A stretch of DNA of 64,000 nucleotides from Octopus sinensis (lineage: Eukaryota): positions 1-64,000 of the forward strand of contig NW_021833068.1 in NCBI RefSeq assembly GCF_006345805.1, read 5' to 3'. The notes beneath the pieces were generated by a model. That model was not told the DNA's origin and searched no databases. It saw only the letters and a program-made list of their open reading frames with translations. Positions within the stretch are counted from its first letter, which is position 1. The number at the start of each line of letters is the position of its first letter. The position numbers were made by a program, and so were the translations under genes. This document shows, piece after piece, positions 1 through 13,329 of this stretch.

Positions 1-159
1 ATATTCATCATTACACCATGAAATGTGGATCATAAAAATAACAAAGACATTATGAAAATGTCAATTAAGCAGAGAGAAATTCCAAAAGTATAATATATAC
101 CCAGCGTCTCAGGTTGTCACAGCGCTGCCTATATAATAGAACAAATCCATTATTTTATA

Positions 160-290
160 TATATTTGTGTGTGTGTCTTTGTGTCTGTGTTTGTCCATCC
201 ACCCCACTTGACCACCAGTGTTGCTGTGTTTACATCCTCATAACATAGCTGTTCCCCTCATAGAAACCGATAGAATATCTACCAGTTTTA
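160..290 (+). mobile_element. SINE 3' fragment (family of 38850-39205)
   Basis: gtgtctgtgtttgtcc...gtttacatcc...accgatagaata shared with other copies in the window. Confidence 0.5.
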
Positions 291-299
291 AAGACAATA

Positions 300-442
300 A
301 AGAAATGAAGTTCTGGGTACGGGTATAAAATGGACAATGAGAAAATAAGCCATCTATTGTGTATGGATGACTTAAAACTCTTAGGCAAAGACAAGAATGA
401 GCTTGAAGGCCTATTACATACCATGAAAGCATTCAGTGATGA
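300..442 (+). mobile_element. R4/Dong-like non-LTR reverse transcriptase fragment
   Basis: Translates as GYKMDNEKISHLLCMDDLKLLGKDKNELEGLLHTMKAFSD (HLLYMDDLKL motif). Confidence 0.6.
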
Positions 443-445
443 GTA

Positions 446-1470
446 AGAGAGAGAGAGAGAGAGAGGAGACAGGGGAGGGAGAAGAGAGGGAGAGAGAGAG
501 AAGAAGAGAGAGAGGGAGAGTTTATGTATGTGTGTATGTATGTGCGTATGTGTGTATGTATGTGTGTGAACGTATGTATGTATGTATATGTGTATATGTA
601 TGTATCTGTGTATGTATTTATGTCTGCATGTATATATGTATGTATGTACATATGTGTGTATGTATGTGTGTATATGTGTATGTATGTATGTACTGTATGT
701 ATTTATGTATGTATTTGTGTGTGTATGTATGTATGTATGTGTGTATGTATGTATGTTTGTGTGTTTGTATGTATGTGTGTATGTATGTATGTGTGTGTAC
801 GTATGTATGTATGTATGTATATATGTGTGTATGTATGTATGTACATATGTTTGTATGTGTGTATGAATGTACGTATGTATGTATGTGTGTATGTATTTAT
901 GTGTGTGTTTGTATGTATGTATGTATGTATGTATGTATGCATGTATGTATGTATGTATGTATGTATGTATGTATGTATGTATTTGTGTATGTATGTACGT
1001 ATGTATGTATGTATGTGTGTGTCTGCATGTATGTATGTGTGTATGTGTGTATGTATGTATGTGTGTATGTATGTATGTATGTGTGTATGTATGTACATGT
1101 GTATGTATGAATGTATGTGTGTATGTATGTACATACATACATACACACATACATACATACATACATACATAAATACATACATACACACCAACATACACAC
1201 ATACATACATACACACATACATACATAAATACATACATACACACATACATACACATATACATACATACACACGTATGTATGTATTTATGTCTGTATGTGT
1301 GTGTATGTATGTATGTCTGTATGTATGTATGTATGTGTGTATGTATATATGTGTGTATGTTTGTGTGTGCGTATGTATGTATGTATGTACGTATGTGTGT
1401 ATGTACATATGTATGTTTGTGTGTATGTACGTACGTGTTTATATGTACGTATTTATGTATGTGTGTATGT
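446..1470. repeat. (GA)n followed by a long (TATG/TG)n microsatellite with an internal inverted (CATA)n block
   Basis: Direct reading; orientation switches at about 1130 and 1272. Confidence 0.95.
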
Positions 1471-1472
1471 AC

Positions 1473-2468
1473 TTTCTCTCCCTCTGCATTTCCCTCTCTC
1501 CCATTCTCCCTCTTATTCTCTTACCCTCTCTCCCTCTGCATTTCCCTCTCTCTCATTCTCCCTCTTATTCTCTTACCCTCTCTCCCATTCTCCCTCTTAT
1601 TCTCTTACCCTCTCTCCCTCTGCATTTCCCTCTCTCTCATTCTCCCTCTTATTCTCTTACCCTCTCTCCCTCTGCATTTCCTCTCTCTCATTCTCCCTCT
1701 TATTCTCTTACCCTCTCTCCCTCTGCATTCCCTCTCTCTCATTCTCCCTCTATTCTCTTACCCTCTCTCCCATTCTCCCTCTTATTCTCTTACCCTCTCT
1801 CCCTCTGCATTTCCTCTCTCTCATTCTCCCTCTTATTCTCTTACCCTCTCTCCCTCTGCATTTCCCTCTCTCCCATTCTCCCTCTTATTCTCTTACCCTC
1901 TCTCCCTCTGCATTTCCCTCTCTCTCATTCTCCCTCTTATTCTCTTACCCTCTCTCCCATTCTCCCTCTTATTCTCTTACCCTCTCTCCCTCTGCATTTC
2001 CCTCTCTCCCATTCTCCCTCTTATTCTCTTACCCTCTCTCCCTCTGCATTTCTCTCTCTCTCATTCTCCCTCTTATTCTCTTACCCTCTCTCCCTCTGCA
2101 TTTCATTCTCTCTCATTCTCCCTCTTATTCTCTTACCCTCTCTCCCTCTGCATTTCCCTCTCTCTCATTCTCCCTCTTATTCTCTTACCCTCTCTCCCTC
2201 TGCATTTCCCTCTCTCCCATTCTCCCTCTTATTCTCTTACCCTCTCTCCCTCTGCATTTCCCTCTCTCTCATTCTCCCTCTTATTCTCTTACCCTCTCTC
2301 CCTCTGCATTTCCCTCTCTCTCATTCTCCCTCTTATTCTCTTACCCTCTCTCCCTCTGCATTTCCCTCTCTCTCATTCTCCCTGTTATTCTCTTACCCTC
2401 TCTCCCTCTGCATTTCCCTCTCTCTCATTCTCCCTCTTATTCTTTAACCCTCTCTCTCTCTCCCATTT
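1473..2468. repeat. Polypyrimidine minisatellite, ~52-bp unit
   Basis: Repeated tccctctgcatttccctctctctcattctccctcttattctcttaccctctc; diverged copies resume at 6377-6710. Confidence 0.92.
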
Positions 2469-2469
2469 T

Positions 2470-5400
2470 CTGAAATCGGCGAAAAAATATATCGCAACAG
2501 ATATAAATAGTATTATATCCGAAAATGTAGAATTTTATACGATAGATAACGCGGATTATTTTGAAATTAAAAAATCTTTAGCGGAGGATGTAGGCCCGTT
2601 ACAGATGAACTTTTCAAGCCATCTGTACAAGCAATTCGCAAAAAAACTGACCTCGCAAAACACAACACTCACAGACAGAAAATATGAGGGTGAAACTACA
2701 CCCTCTCTTCCGTTAAAACAGTAAGTTTTAAACATTCGACTAAATTCACATTCTCGTTTAAACTCGGTGTATAAATACTCGCGGCCTGGGGTCGTATTGG
2801 AAGCAAGGCTCCTCCTCTAACGACCTTAGGTCGCATCGTTTGGATGTAGTGGTAATTACCGAATCCAGACTGAGTGGGCTGCAGGCTTTTTCGCCCCTTC
2901 TAAACGGCTACGAGAAATACATTTCTCCCTGTCGACCTGGAGGGGGAGGAGGAGTGGCAGTGCTGGTCAGGAAAAACCTGGATTTAGAGATTAGAACTGT
3001 CTTTATAGATCCGGAAGGCAGGTTGGTCGTTTTGGATGTGACGCACAGCAGTGGTAAAGTGTTCAGGCTGGTTGCTGTCTATGCTCCCTGCGAAGGAAAA
3101 GCCGGGCAGAAAGAGTATTTCAAAAGCCTAGAGAATTTTCTTGGCATGTCGAACACGTTAGTATTGCTAGGTGACTTCAACATAATTTGCGATGCAAGCG
3201 TAGATTATGTTGGCTCGAGAAAGAATACGAGGGGATTACCTCACCTCAACGATATGCTAAGTCGTTTCGAATTGGCAGATAGATTCAGACTGGACCATCC
3301 AGACACTCCAGAGTGGACCTGGGCAAGAAACGACGGGTCGTCCAGATCTTATATCGATAGAATCATAACTAGAAAGAAAGATAAGAAAATACTTAGCTGT
3401 CCCACACACCATATCGTCAGCTACAGCGATCACAAATTAGTGACCTGTACGCTCGACATAGATAGCATGTGTAGACGAGGTACCGGTTACTGGAAGCTAA
3501 ACAAGTCACTATTGGACTGTGAAGCCTACAGGAATCGGATTAAACAATTAGTAATGAGGGGCGTTAACCGGATCCATTATCAACAATAAATGGTGGTACG
3601 CCCTGAAAAGAGCCATCAAATTTGAGTCAATTAGGTTTAGCAAAGAACTAGCTAGTGCTAGAAACAAAGTAGAAAAGGAACTAGTTAAGGCAATAGAGGA
3701 GGCAATGAGGTCAGGCAGTGCATCGAAAGTGTTAGCGGCGAGGTTAGCACTAGACCAACATCTCCAAGCTAAACATGAAGGGTGCATTATTAGGGCTAAG
3801 ATCCGTGCAATGAGACAGGAAGGGATCAACGCAGCCGGATGGGCCCGGGTGGTAGAGGGCCAGCGTAGCAACAGCTCAACCATTCGATCCTTGACGGGCC
3901 CAAATGGTCGATTAGTAAACGAACCCGAGGAGATGTGCAAGGTGTTTCATGATCATTTCGCCCAGCTATTCGGGAGGAGCGGCGAGCTGGAGTGCGGGGA
4001 GAAGCTCGCAGACTTCCTAGCCGGTTCGCCGCGTCTATCGGGGCCGGACGCGGAATCTTGTGAGGCGCCGATCACAGCCAAAGAAGTCGAGGATATGTTG
4101 GCAGAATGCGGCGGGAACAAATCGCCGGGACTCGATGGTCTGCCTTACGAACTCTATAGTAGCATGCCAGACTTGTTTGGGCACCTACTTGCATGCGTGT
4201 ACACCAACTGGCAGCAGAACGGGAGAATTCCTAAGTCTGTGAGCCGAGGAGTGGTAGCGCTGTTAAGAAAGGACCCAAACAAGGGGGATTTAATTGATAA
4301 TTTCCGCCTATCACTCTGCTTAACGCAGAGTTGAAGATCTTGGCCAAGGTCTTAGCAAAAAGGTTGGCGAGGGTCGTGGGTGAACTTGTTGGCGAGGTGC
4401 AAACTTGCGCCATCCCTGGAAGGACCATCCACAACAATCTCCACTTTCTACGCTATGCCTTAGAAAGGGTAAATAGGATTCCTGGCAAGGGTGGGGCTAT
4501 GGTCCACTTGGACCAATCGAAAGCGTTTGATAGGGTAGACCATCAGTATCTGGTGGCGGTCCTCGCGGCGGCTGGCTTCGGCCCGACCTTCCGCGGATGG
4601 ATCATCGCTTTATACAGCAACATCGAATAGGTAGTTCGGGTAAATGGTTTCCTTTCGGAACCGTTCAGCATTGAACGTTCGGTACGTCAAGGGTGTCCTC
4701 TCTCCCCGCTTCTCTACGTTTTGGCCCTCGAGCCGTTGCTGAGGAGGTTGGAAACTATGAGAGGCACCCCGCAAGATCTAGGGTGCGGAAAGTCAGCTTC
4801 GGCGTATGCGGACGACATCACCGTCATCGTTTCCCGAGTCGAGCACCTACAGTGGGTGGGTGTGAGCCTTAAGGGACTACGAAGCGGTGGCAGGAGCGAA
4901 AGTCAACCGGGGATAAATCGGTCGGCTTGCAACTCGGCACCTGGAGGGGCAAGTCGATGTCTTCCGACAGCGTCGTAGGACGTTGGACGGAAGGACCGTG
5001 TGAAAATGCTTGGGATCTGGTTAGGTCCAGATCTCCAGATAGAGAAGAATTGGAGCGAGGTGGCGAGAAAGGTGGCTCTCCTAACTCAGACATGGTCTGA
5101 ACGGAATCTGTCCTTGAAAGGGAAGGCGGAGGTTGCAGAAGTGTTTATCGCCTCTGTAATCACTTACCGCCTAACCGTAGTGCCTTGCCCCGATTCGTGG
5201 CTGAACAAACTGGAACGCATGCTCTTTCGCTTTTTGTGGAGGGGCAGCAGACCTCTTGTAAGGCGCTCTATTTGCTGCCAAAAGCCGCTGAACGGTGCGT
5301 TAGGGATGCCGTGGCTAAAAATGCGCAGACATGCGCTCAGGCTTAGGCACCTCTAGATTTACCTGGACGGTGAGCAGGTGTGGTCTCCGTTTGTCAAGCT

Positions 5401-6376
5401 GTTATTTCCACAGTTCACATCGTTTAACGAACTGAACCCATGGATCAAGTGTAGACCGAGGTTGGGCATGTGGCATGCAGAGTGCTATCAGGCACTCGTG
5501 CTTCTCTCCCAGTCGGGCAACGCCGGTGGCGGGGCTACTACCGTGTTCTTCTATAGAGGGTTAGTAGAGTTTAAGTGTGACGACGACCTAGGAGAAACTC
5601 TGGGCTTCGCCGAAAATCAACTGGCCAGCCTGTTCCAAAGAACATTCGGTCCGGGGCTATGGATAATTACCAAAAGTCCCTGGCCTGGCAATGTTACAGA
5701 GGAGCTTTACCGGTTCGAGATAAGCTCTTTAGACATGGGTGTGCACCTTCGCCGGTTTGTGCAAGATGTAAGAGGGACAGTGAAACTGTCCTGCACGCGA
5801 TTGTGCAATGCCCCAAGGTGACTGAACTCTGGACTTATGTCGAACACCTGCTGTCGCATTCGAGAAGAGTACAACTGTCGAGCGAATCTGTAATAAGATA
5901 GTTCCGCCGACCTTCCTGAATAGGGAGGAGCGAGCCTGTTTTCTCTCGGTAGTTGCTATGGCGAAAGAAGTAGTGTGGAAGACGAGAGTAAAAGGAATTG
6001 CAACAGGCATGTTTATCTCCAGTCTCGAGCTAATCGACTTTTTCGTTTTCCACATGAAACGGAAAATAAGGCTGGAGAAGAAATGCCTGTCGCAAAGTGT
6101 GTTTCGTAAAAGATGGAAGTCTACAGCAAGTATGTTGCGAGTGAAAGAATCTGTTTAATCGAGAATGTAAAAAAGGATAAAGCAAAGTCTTCAGTGTGAG
6201 GATGTGGTTTGTGGGGTCAACCGCGTCCTCCGCTTCATTTTTTGTTAATCACTCATTCTCATTTAATTGTATATATATTAATTGTTTGTTTATTCATGTT
6301 TCGTCTCATTCGATACCCTGACCCCAACGTTTGTTTTGTCCCCTCTTTTTCTCAACCTTATGGTGAATAAAGAAAT
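2470..6376 (+). mobile_element. Tx1/L1-clade LINE, 5'-truncated and frameshifted (APE - RT - C-terminal zinc finger)
   Basis: GVAVL, VYAP, LLGDFN, IDRI, SDH, GYWKLN, KSPGLDGLP, DQSKAFDRV, VRQGCPLSP, AYADD and CARC..ETVLH motifs; ends with AATAAA. Confidence 0.9.
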
Positions 6377-7169
6377 ACTCTCTCTCACCCATTCTCCTTA
6401 TGCTCTCTCTCTCTCACCCTTTTTCCTCCTCACACTGTATTTTTCTATCAGTATTTCCCCTTCTCCCATCCTCCCTTTTATTCTCTCACCCTATCTCTCT
6501 CTCTGTATTTTCCCCCTCTCTCATTCTCTCACTTATTCTTTTACCCCCTCTCTCTTTCTGTATTTTCCTGTCTCTTATTCTTTTACCCCCTCTCTCTCTC
6601 TGTATTTTCCTCTCTCTCATCCTCCCTCTTATTCTCTCTCACCATCTCTCTCTCCCATTCTCCTTATTCTCTCTCACCCTCTCTCCCTCTGACACTGTAT
6701 TTTTCTCTCCCCGTCTTGGGTGGGCGACACGGGTGGAACGGAGGTTTTTGGAAATTTTGTCTTTTTAATTTTCGCTTTTAAAATGCGTCCTTCCTTTCTC
6801 TTTGATTTCCAAATAAGCTTTTTTAAATACTTCGAAATCAAAACTGGGCGCAGCCGTACCTTAAATAAGCAGTCTATTCACCTGCTAGAAATAGCAGCCA
6901 AATCTCACACAAACTCTTTTTCGCACATTTTTTTCTATTTGTAAATTTTTATTTTTTCCATAATCGATTCATAGAATCCGATTATATCGCATTATTATTT
7001 CTATTCGTAGGGGTTGGGATGAGTTTCCACAAAAATCCCAAACTGGTCGGATTTGTTTCTTGGCGATAAAATTTCAGAGAAATTTCCCGCGCTAACCCCC
7101 CCCCCCAAAAAAAACAGGTATTATATATACTGTGTGGCAAAAAGGGAAAATAAAGGGTTCGTTTTATTT

Positions 7170-7368
7170 ATAGACGACATTGATTGGTTGAAATTGCAGA
7201 AATTGAAGAAAAAAAACAACAAATATCTTACAAACTATAGAATTTTCTCAAGAAAACCAAGAGAAAAAGATGTTTTATAAACACATTCTACCAGTATATG
7301 AAGTTTAAAAGTGTTTAAGTTACGTGGAAATTATTTTTAAAAACTGCCATTCAAACGGAAAAGATCCC
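7170..7368 (+). mobile_element. Solo terminal arm related to the foldback element at 14322-15755
   Basis: Colinear similarity with 15578-15755, ending aaagatcc. Confidence 0.65.
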
Positions 7369-7619
7369 CATCTAGCCCTGTCATATTGTGTATGTTATGC
7401 TGAATCTCCCTGTGAACTACATTAAGGGTATGTGTGCCTGTGGAGTACTCAGCCACTTGTGCATTAATTTCACGAGCAGGCTGTTCCATCGATCATATCA
7501 AAAGAAACAAATGTTGTCATAACCGGCCGAGTGCTCCTAATGTGCTTTTGTCTGACCCATGCAAGCATGGAAAAAGAGATTTTAAAACGATGATGATGAT
7601 TAGAAAAATAACCCCGAAA

Positions 7620-8385
7620 TATTTCCTCAGGAAAATCTTTCCCACACAAGTTTCGATGTTAAGTGAGAAGGGTGGAGCAAACCAAACGACATTTCTGCGG
7701 CGCTTCCTTTCCTGGTGTCAGGGCCTGGCATGTAGGAGAGGCAGTCCTTAAATCCACTCCATGCCAGTGCCTCGTTGTAGAAGGGGGCAGCAGCGTCAAA
7801 GCTATCTTGGTTCGAGGACAGATTCGAGATCCTCTTGCTTACACCTCTCACTAGGTTCTTGAAAAATATAGGGCTGGTGCCAGTTCTAATGCAAGACATT
7901 CTCTGGTTTGGCTTGTGATAAAGCTTGTGTCTACCAGAGCACAGATCGAAAGTAACATGGAAGAAAGTTACTGTGAGGAGTTTAGTCTTGTGTTGAGGTC
8001 CAGAAGGCAAGTTGCTGAAATGGGAAACTAACGAATTGTGCTTCTAATCGTTCTGCACATTTATCAGTGTGATAACTGAGGTATACTCAGCGATATTGTG
8101 GGGAGGAAATTTGTTGTTTGTGGACCATACAGCTCTTTTGGATTAAAATTCCTCTCGAATCAATTTAGTTTCGAAGGCAGCCCAAGCATCTGATTATGTA
8201 AATGAGGTTTTGGGGTGTGCAAGGGACGTTGGATTTGATTTTGAATATTTGCCCTTGTCTGAAATGGAATTTCGATCCTTCTAAAAGATTTTCTGCAAAT
8301 AGGTGAACCACACTTTACAACTCTTGCATCTGTTGTTCTAGGGAATAGTTTGGCATCGGTGAGAATCTTCAACAAGTAAGACTGA
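7620..8385 (-). mobile_element. Penelope-like retroelement remnant
   Basis: KRISNLSSNQDSFDAAAPFYNEALAWSGF and RRNVVWFAPPF..N.ETCVGKIF match the PLE RT thumb/linker pattern. Confidence 0.7.
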
Positions 8386-8579
8386 ATAAAGAAGACTCAT
8401 TTACCCCCAAATACAGACCAAATAAATAAATATGAACCCATATTAAAAATAAAGGACTTACCCCATCTAATGTAGGGCATAAGCCAGAAAAAAAAATAGA
8501 GAGAACAAATAAGAATTTACAGATTTACCTCCCCTTAACTGTAAAATATATGAATGAACAATTATCTCCACTTGCCGTA

Positions 8580-9905
8580 TATATTTTTTTTCAACTCTCA
8601 GTTTGATAAGCAACTCGAAACCGGTCCTTCAATTATTTTGAAAGGACAAAACCTTATTTTGTACAAAATTATATATCTTTTTTTTCAACTCTCAGTTTGA
8701 TAAGCAACTCGAAACCGGTCCTTCAATTATTTTGAAAGGACAAAACTTATTGTACAAAATTATATATCTTTTTTTTCAACTCTCAGTTTGATAAGCAACT
8801 CGAAACCGGTCCTTCAATTATTTTGAAAGGACAAACCTTATTTTGTACAAAATTATATCTCTTTTTTTTCAACTCTCAGTTTGATAAGCAACTCGAAACC
8901 GGTCCTTCAATTATTTTGAAAGGACAAAACCTTATTTGTACAAAATTATATATCTTTTTTTTTCAACTCTCAGTTTGATAAGCAACTCGAAAACGGTCCT
9001 TCAATTATTTTGAAACGACAAAACCTTATTTGTACAAAATTATATATCTTTTTTTTCAACTCTCAGTTTGATAAGCAACTCGAAAACGGTCCTTCAATAT
9101 TTTGAAAGGACAAAACCTTATTTTGTACAAAATTATATATCTTTTTTCAACTCTCTCAGTTTGATAAGCAACTCGAAACCGTCCTTCAATTATTTTGAAA
9201 CGACAAAACCTTATTTTGTACAAAATTATATATCTTTTTTTTTCAACTCTCAGTTTGATAAGCAACTCGAAACCGGTCCTTCAATTATTTTGAAAGCACA
9301 AAACCTTATTTTGTACAAAATTATATATCTTTTTTTTTCAACTCTCAGTTTGATAAGCAACTCGAAACCGGTCCTTCAATTATTTTGAAAGGACAAAACC
9401 TTATTTTGTACAAAATTATATATCTTTTTTTTTCAACTCTCAGTTTGATAAGCAACTCGAAACCGGTCCTTCAATTATTTTGAAAGGACAAAACCTTATT
9501 TTGTACAAAATTATAAATCTTTTTTTTTCAACTCTCAGTTTGATAAGCAACTCGAAACCGGTCCTTCAATTATTTTGAAAGGACAAAACCTTATTTTGTA
9601 CAAAATTATAAATCTTTTTTTTTCAACTCTCAGTTTGATAAACAACTCGAAACCGGTCCTTCAATTATTTTGAAAGGACAAAACCTTATTTTGTACAAAA
9701 TTATATATCTTTTTTTTTCAACTCTCAGTTTGATAAGCAACTCGAAACCGGTCCTTCAATTATTTTGAAAGGACAAAACCTTATTTTGTACAAAATTATA
9801 TATCTTTTTCTTTCAACTCTGTTTGATAAGCAACTCGAAACCGGTCCTTCATTATTTTGAAAGGACAAAACCTTATTTTGTACAAAATTATATATCTTTT
9901 TTTTT
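8580..9905. repeat. Minisatellite, ~95-bp unit x ~14
   Basis: caactctcagtttgataagcaactcgaaaccggtccttcaattattttgaaaggacaaaaccttattttgtacaaaattatatatct(T)n. Confidence 0.95.
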
Positions 9906-10018
9906 CCATGACTCCAATATACCCCTAAATCCTGTGAAACAAATCTTCTGATTTTTTCATCATTTCTCTTTTTATATATATCCACCATGTGTTTCTCCAC
10001 TAAAATATCTTCTACTCC

Positions 10019-10071
10019 ATATATAATATATATATATATATATACACATATATACATAAATATATATGTGT

Positions 10072-10117
<46 letters not shown>

Positions 10118-10490
10118 AAACATATATATATATATACATACATACATATATACACACATATATATACATATATATATACATACATATGTATGTATATATA
10201 TACATACATATATATATACGTACATATATATATACATATATATACATATATATATATACACATACATACATACATACATATATATATACACATATGCATA
10301 TATATATATATATACACACATACATACATACATACACATATATATATACTTTATTTAAAGCATATTACTCTACCACTGGTATTTGAGTACTCTTTTTTCC
10401 ACCTTGTTTCACATTTATGTGTTTACTCCGGTATATATATATATACACACATACATATATATATATATACATACATACATATATATATTA
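10019..10490. repeat. (TA)/(CATA) microsatellite
   Basis: Direct reading. Confidence 0.9.
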
Positions 10491-10880
10491 AACTGTTAAG
10501 AGTAGATATTAGACCTTGATCTTAGCCATAAGACTGAGAAGCAATATCTATGTGTGTGTGTGTGTGTGTTTCTATGCTTGTCTCCCTCAACTGCTTGACA
10601 ACCAATGTTAGTATGTTTACATCCCCATGACTTAGTAATAATACTGATTATTCATTTTTATACTTTTTATGATCTAGTTATATGTTTTAAAAAAATACAT
10701 TTTATTTTTTATTTATGATTTGGTTTATGTCTATCATTGTTTGAATTGCATAATAGTGGTTTTATCTCGAATTTATAGATATTATATATTTATATTGTAA
10801 AATTTGATTTAATACTAAATTGAATTTTCCCCTGTAAGTTTGGAGTTATACTCCCTAATATTGTTATTATATATATATAT

Positions 10881-12418
10881 CATCATCATCATCATCATCA
10901 TCGTTTAACGTCCGCTTTCCATGCTAGCTTGGGTTGGACGATTTGACTGAGGTCTGGCGAACCAGACTCCAATCTGATCTGGCAGAGTTTCTACAGCTGG
11001 ATGCCTTTCCTAATGCCAACCACTCCGAGAGTGTAGTGGGTGCTTTTACGTGTCACTGGCACGAGGGCCAGTCTGGTGGTACTGGCAACGGCCACACTCA
11101 AATGGTGCTTTTTATGTGCCACCTGCACAGGAGCCAGTCCAGCGGCACTGGCAACGATCTCACTCAAATGTTTTTTTCATGTGCCACCAGCACAAGTGCC
11201 AGTAAGGTGACGCAGGTGACGACCACACTCGAATGGTGTTTTTAACTTACCATCGGCACGAAGGCCAGCTTGTTGCTCTGGCAACGATCTCACTCGTATG
11301 GTACTCTTAGCGCTCCACTAGCAACGGATACCAGTCACCAAGTTTGATTTCGACTTCAATTTCACTTGCCTCAACTGGTCTTCACAAGCAGAGTTTAGTG
11401 TCCAATGAAGAAAAGGCACACATAAGGGGACTGGTTACCCCCTAGCATAGGCCACAAGGTTATGGTCACACTTGCGCTTGCCGAGACTTCTGCAGCACAG
11501 CATATTTCCAGAGGTCCCGGTCATTAGTAATTGCCTCAGTTAGGCCCAATGTTCTAAGGTCATACTTCACCACTTCATCCCAGGTCTTCCTGGGTCTACC
11601 TCTTCCACAGGTTCCCTCAACCGCTAGGGTGTGGCACTTTTTCACACAACTATCTTCATCCATTCTTGACACATGGCCATACCAGTGCAAACGTCTCTCT
11701 TGCACACCACATCTGATGTTTCTTAGGTCCAACATTTCTCTCAAGGTACTTACACTCTGTCGGGTATGAACACTGACATTACACATCCATCGGAGCATAC
11801 TGGCTTCATTTCTTGTGAGCATACGCATATCCTCAGCAGTCACGGCCCAAGTTTCACTGCCATGTAGCATGGCTGTTTGTACACATGCGTCATAGTCTGC
11901 CTTTTACTCTGAACGAGAGGCCCTTTATCGCTAGCAGAGGTAAGAGCTCTCTGAACTTTGCCCAGGCTATTCTTATTCTAGCAGCTACACTTTCAGTACA
12001 CCCGCTACTGACTTGGTCACCTAGGTAACGGAAGCTATCAACTACTTCTAGTTTTTCTCCCTGGAATGTGGTGTAAGTTGGTCTCTGCGCATTTTCAGTG
12101 TTTATTGCTCCTGAGCATCTGCCACAGACAAAAACTATTTTCCTAGTTAGCCTTCCTTTGACATTGCTGCACCTCTTATGTGTCCATAGCTTACACTTGG
12201 TGCACCTTATAGAGTTTCTACCTACACCTTTTTTACAGATCGAGCAGGGCCATCTACCTGAAGTCGTTTGTGATTGGTCCACCTTCCTACTTATTAGGAC
12301 TTGGTTTTAGCTAGGTTGATTCTAAGGCCCCTTCGATTCTAATCCTTGTTTCCACACCTGAAACTTCTCCTCCAGTTCTGATAGTGACTCAGCAATTAGA
12401 GCAAGGTCATCAGCAATA
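10881..12418 (-). mobile_element. RTE-clade LINE 3' portion with (ATG)n tail
   Basis: LEVVDSFRYLG, ARIRIAWAKFREL, LHGSETW and [10 protein letters not shown] motifs; 3' UTR with internal repeats; reads (CAT)n on the plus strand. Confidence 0.85.
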
Positions 12419-12789
12419 TACATACATATACACAACTGTATACCCATATATATACATATATAAATACATATATGCAATTGTCAGATTTACAATTATTCCC
12501 ACACATCTTCAGGTTCTGTCTCAAAATATTATATATCTAATTTTACATCCCTTTAAAAATACGCAATACAATTAAGCATTAAAGATTAAAAATTAAGAAG
12601 AAAAATGATACTTTGAAATATTAAGAATTAAAATTTATTAATTATACATTATAAATATGAATTAGTATATATACATCAATCATGTAAAATCAAGTATATG
12701 AGAAATACAGAATGTGAGATATAAGATTAAACATCAGAATAAAAATGTGTGTTTAAATGTGATATATAACAAGAAAAATTCAAATACAC

Positions 12790-13220
12790 ACATTGAAACT
12801 CCAACGTCTGGCAGCTGACTTGGCAGACACCCCTAAAATTATTAACCTTCTTACAAACAATAACTCTGAGCACCTTTTCAAACTCCACCCGTGGACATGT
12901 TTACAAAGGCAGAAAACAGTACAGCTCCCATGACTTTAGGAAATATTTTTTCACGCTGAGTTGCTGAAGCATGTAACAAACTGCCGGCATCAGTTGTTAG
13001 TTGTCGGAGCACTGCATCCTTCAAAACTTCCATGCTTTCTGAGATTTGCCAACACTACATCTGATTTTCTCCCCTCCATACACACACAAGCATGTGTCTG
13101 ACTCATACATTATTCGCTTTCCAGACATTTGTACATTACTGCATATACTTTATATGCACTGTCTGACAAGTTGTGGTGCACCTGAGCACTGTATACAATA
13201 ATTTCATTATTATTATTATT
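12790..13220 (+). mobile_element. CR1-type LINE 3' end fragment with (ATT)n tail
   Basis: TRGHVYK...FRKYFF...NKLPASVV...ASFK. Confidence 0.65.
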
Positions 13221-13329
13221 TTATATGAGGATTTGGTACAAGTAGTGAAGTTGACAACCAATCTAAGACTTTTTACAAAAGATCATTCTGATGAAAGAGA
13301 GATGTAGGAAATAGTGACATTTCTGTCGA

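Noticed and set aside
230-2473. Long ORFs rich in MYVC/HTYI/SLPL
   Set aside because: Stop-free translations of microsatellite and minisatellite DNA; the same applies at 9725-10519 and 32980-33816
8580-9905. CRISPR-like array of palindromic repeats
   Set aside because: Units are contiguous with no unique spacers, there are no cas genes, and the context is eukaryotic
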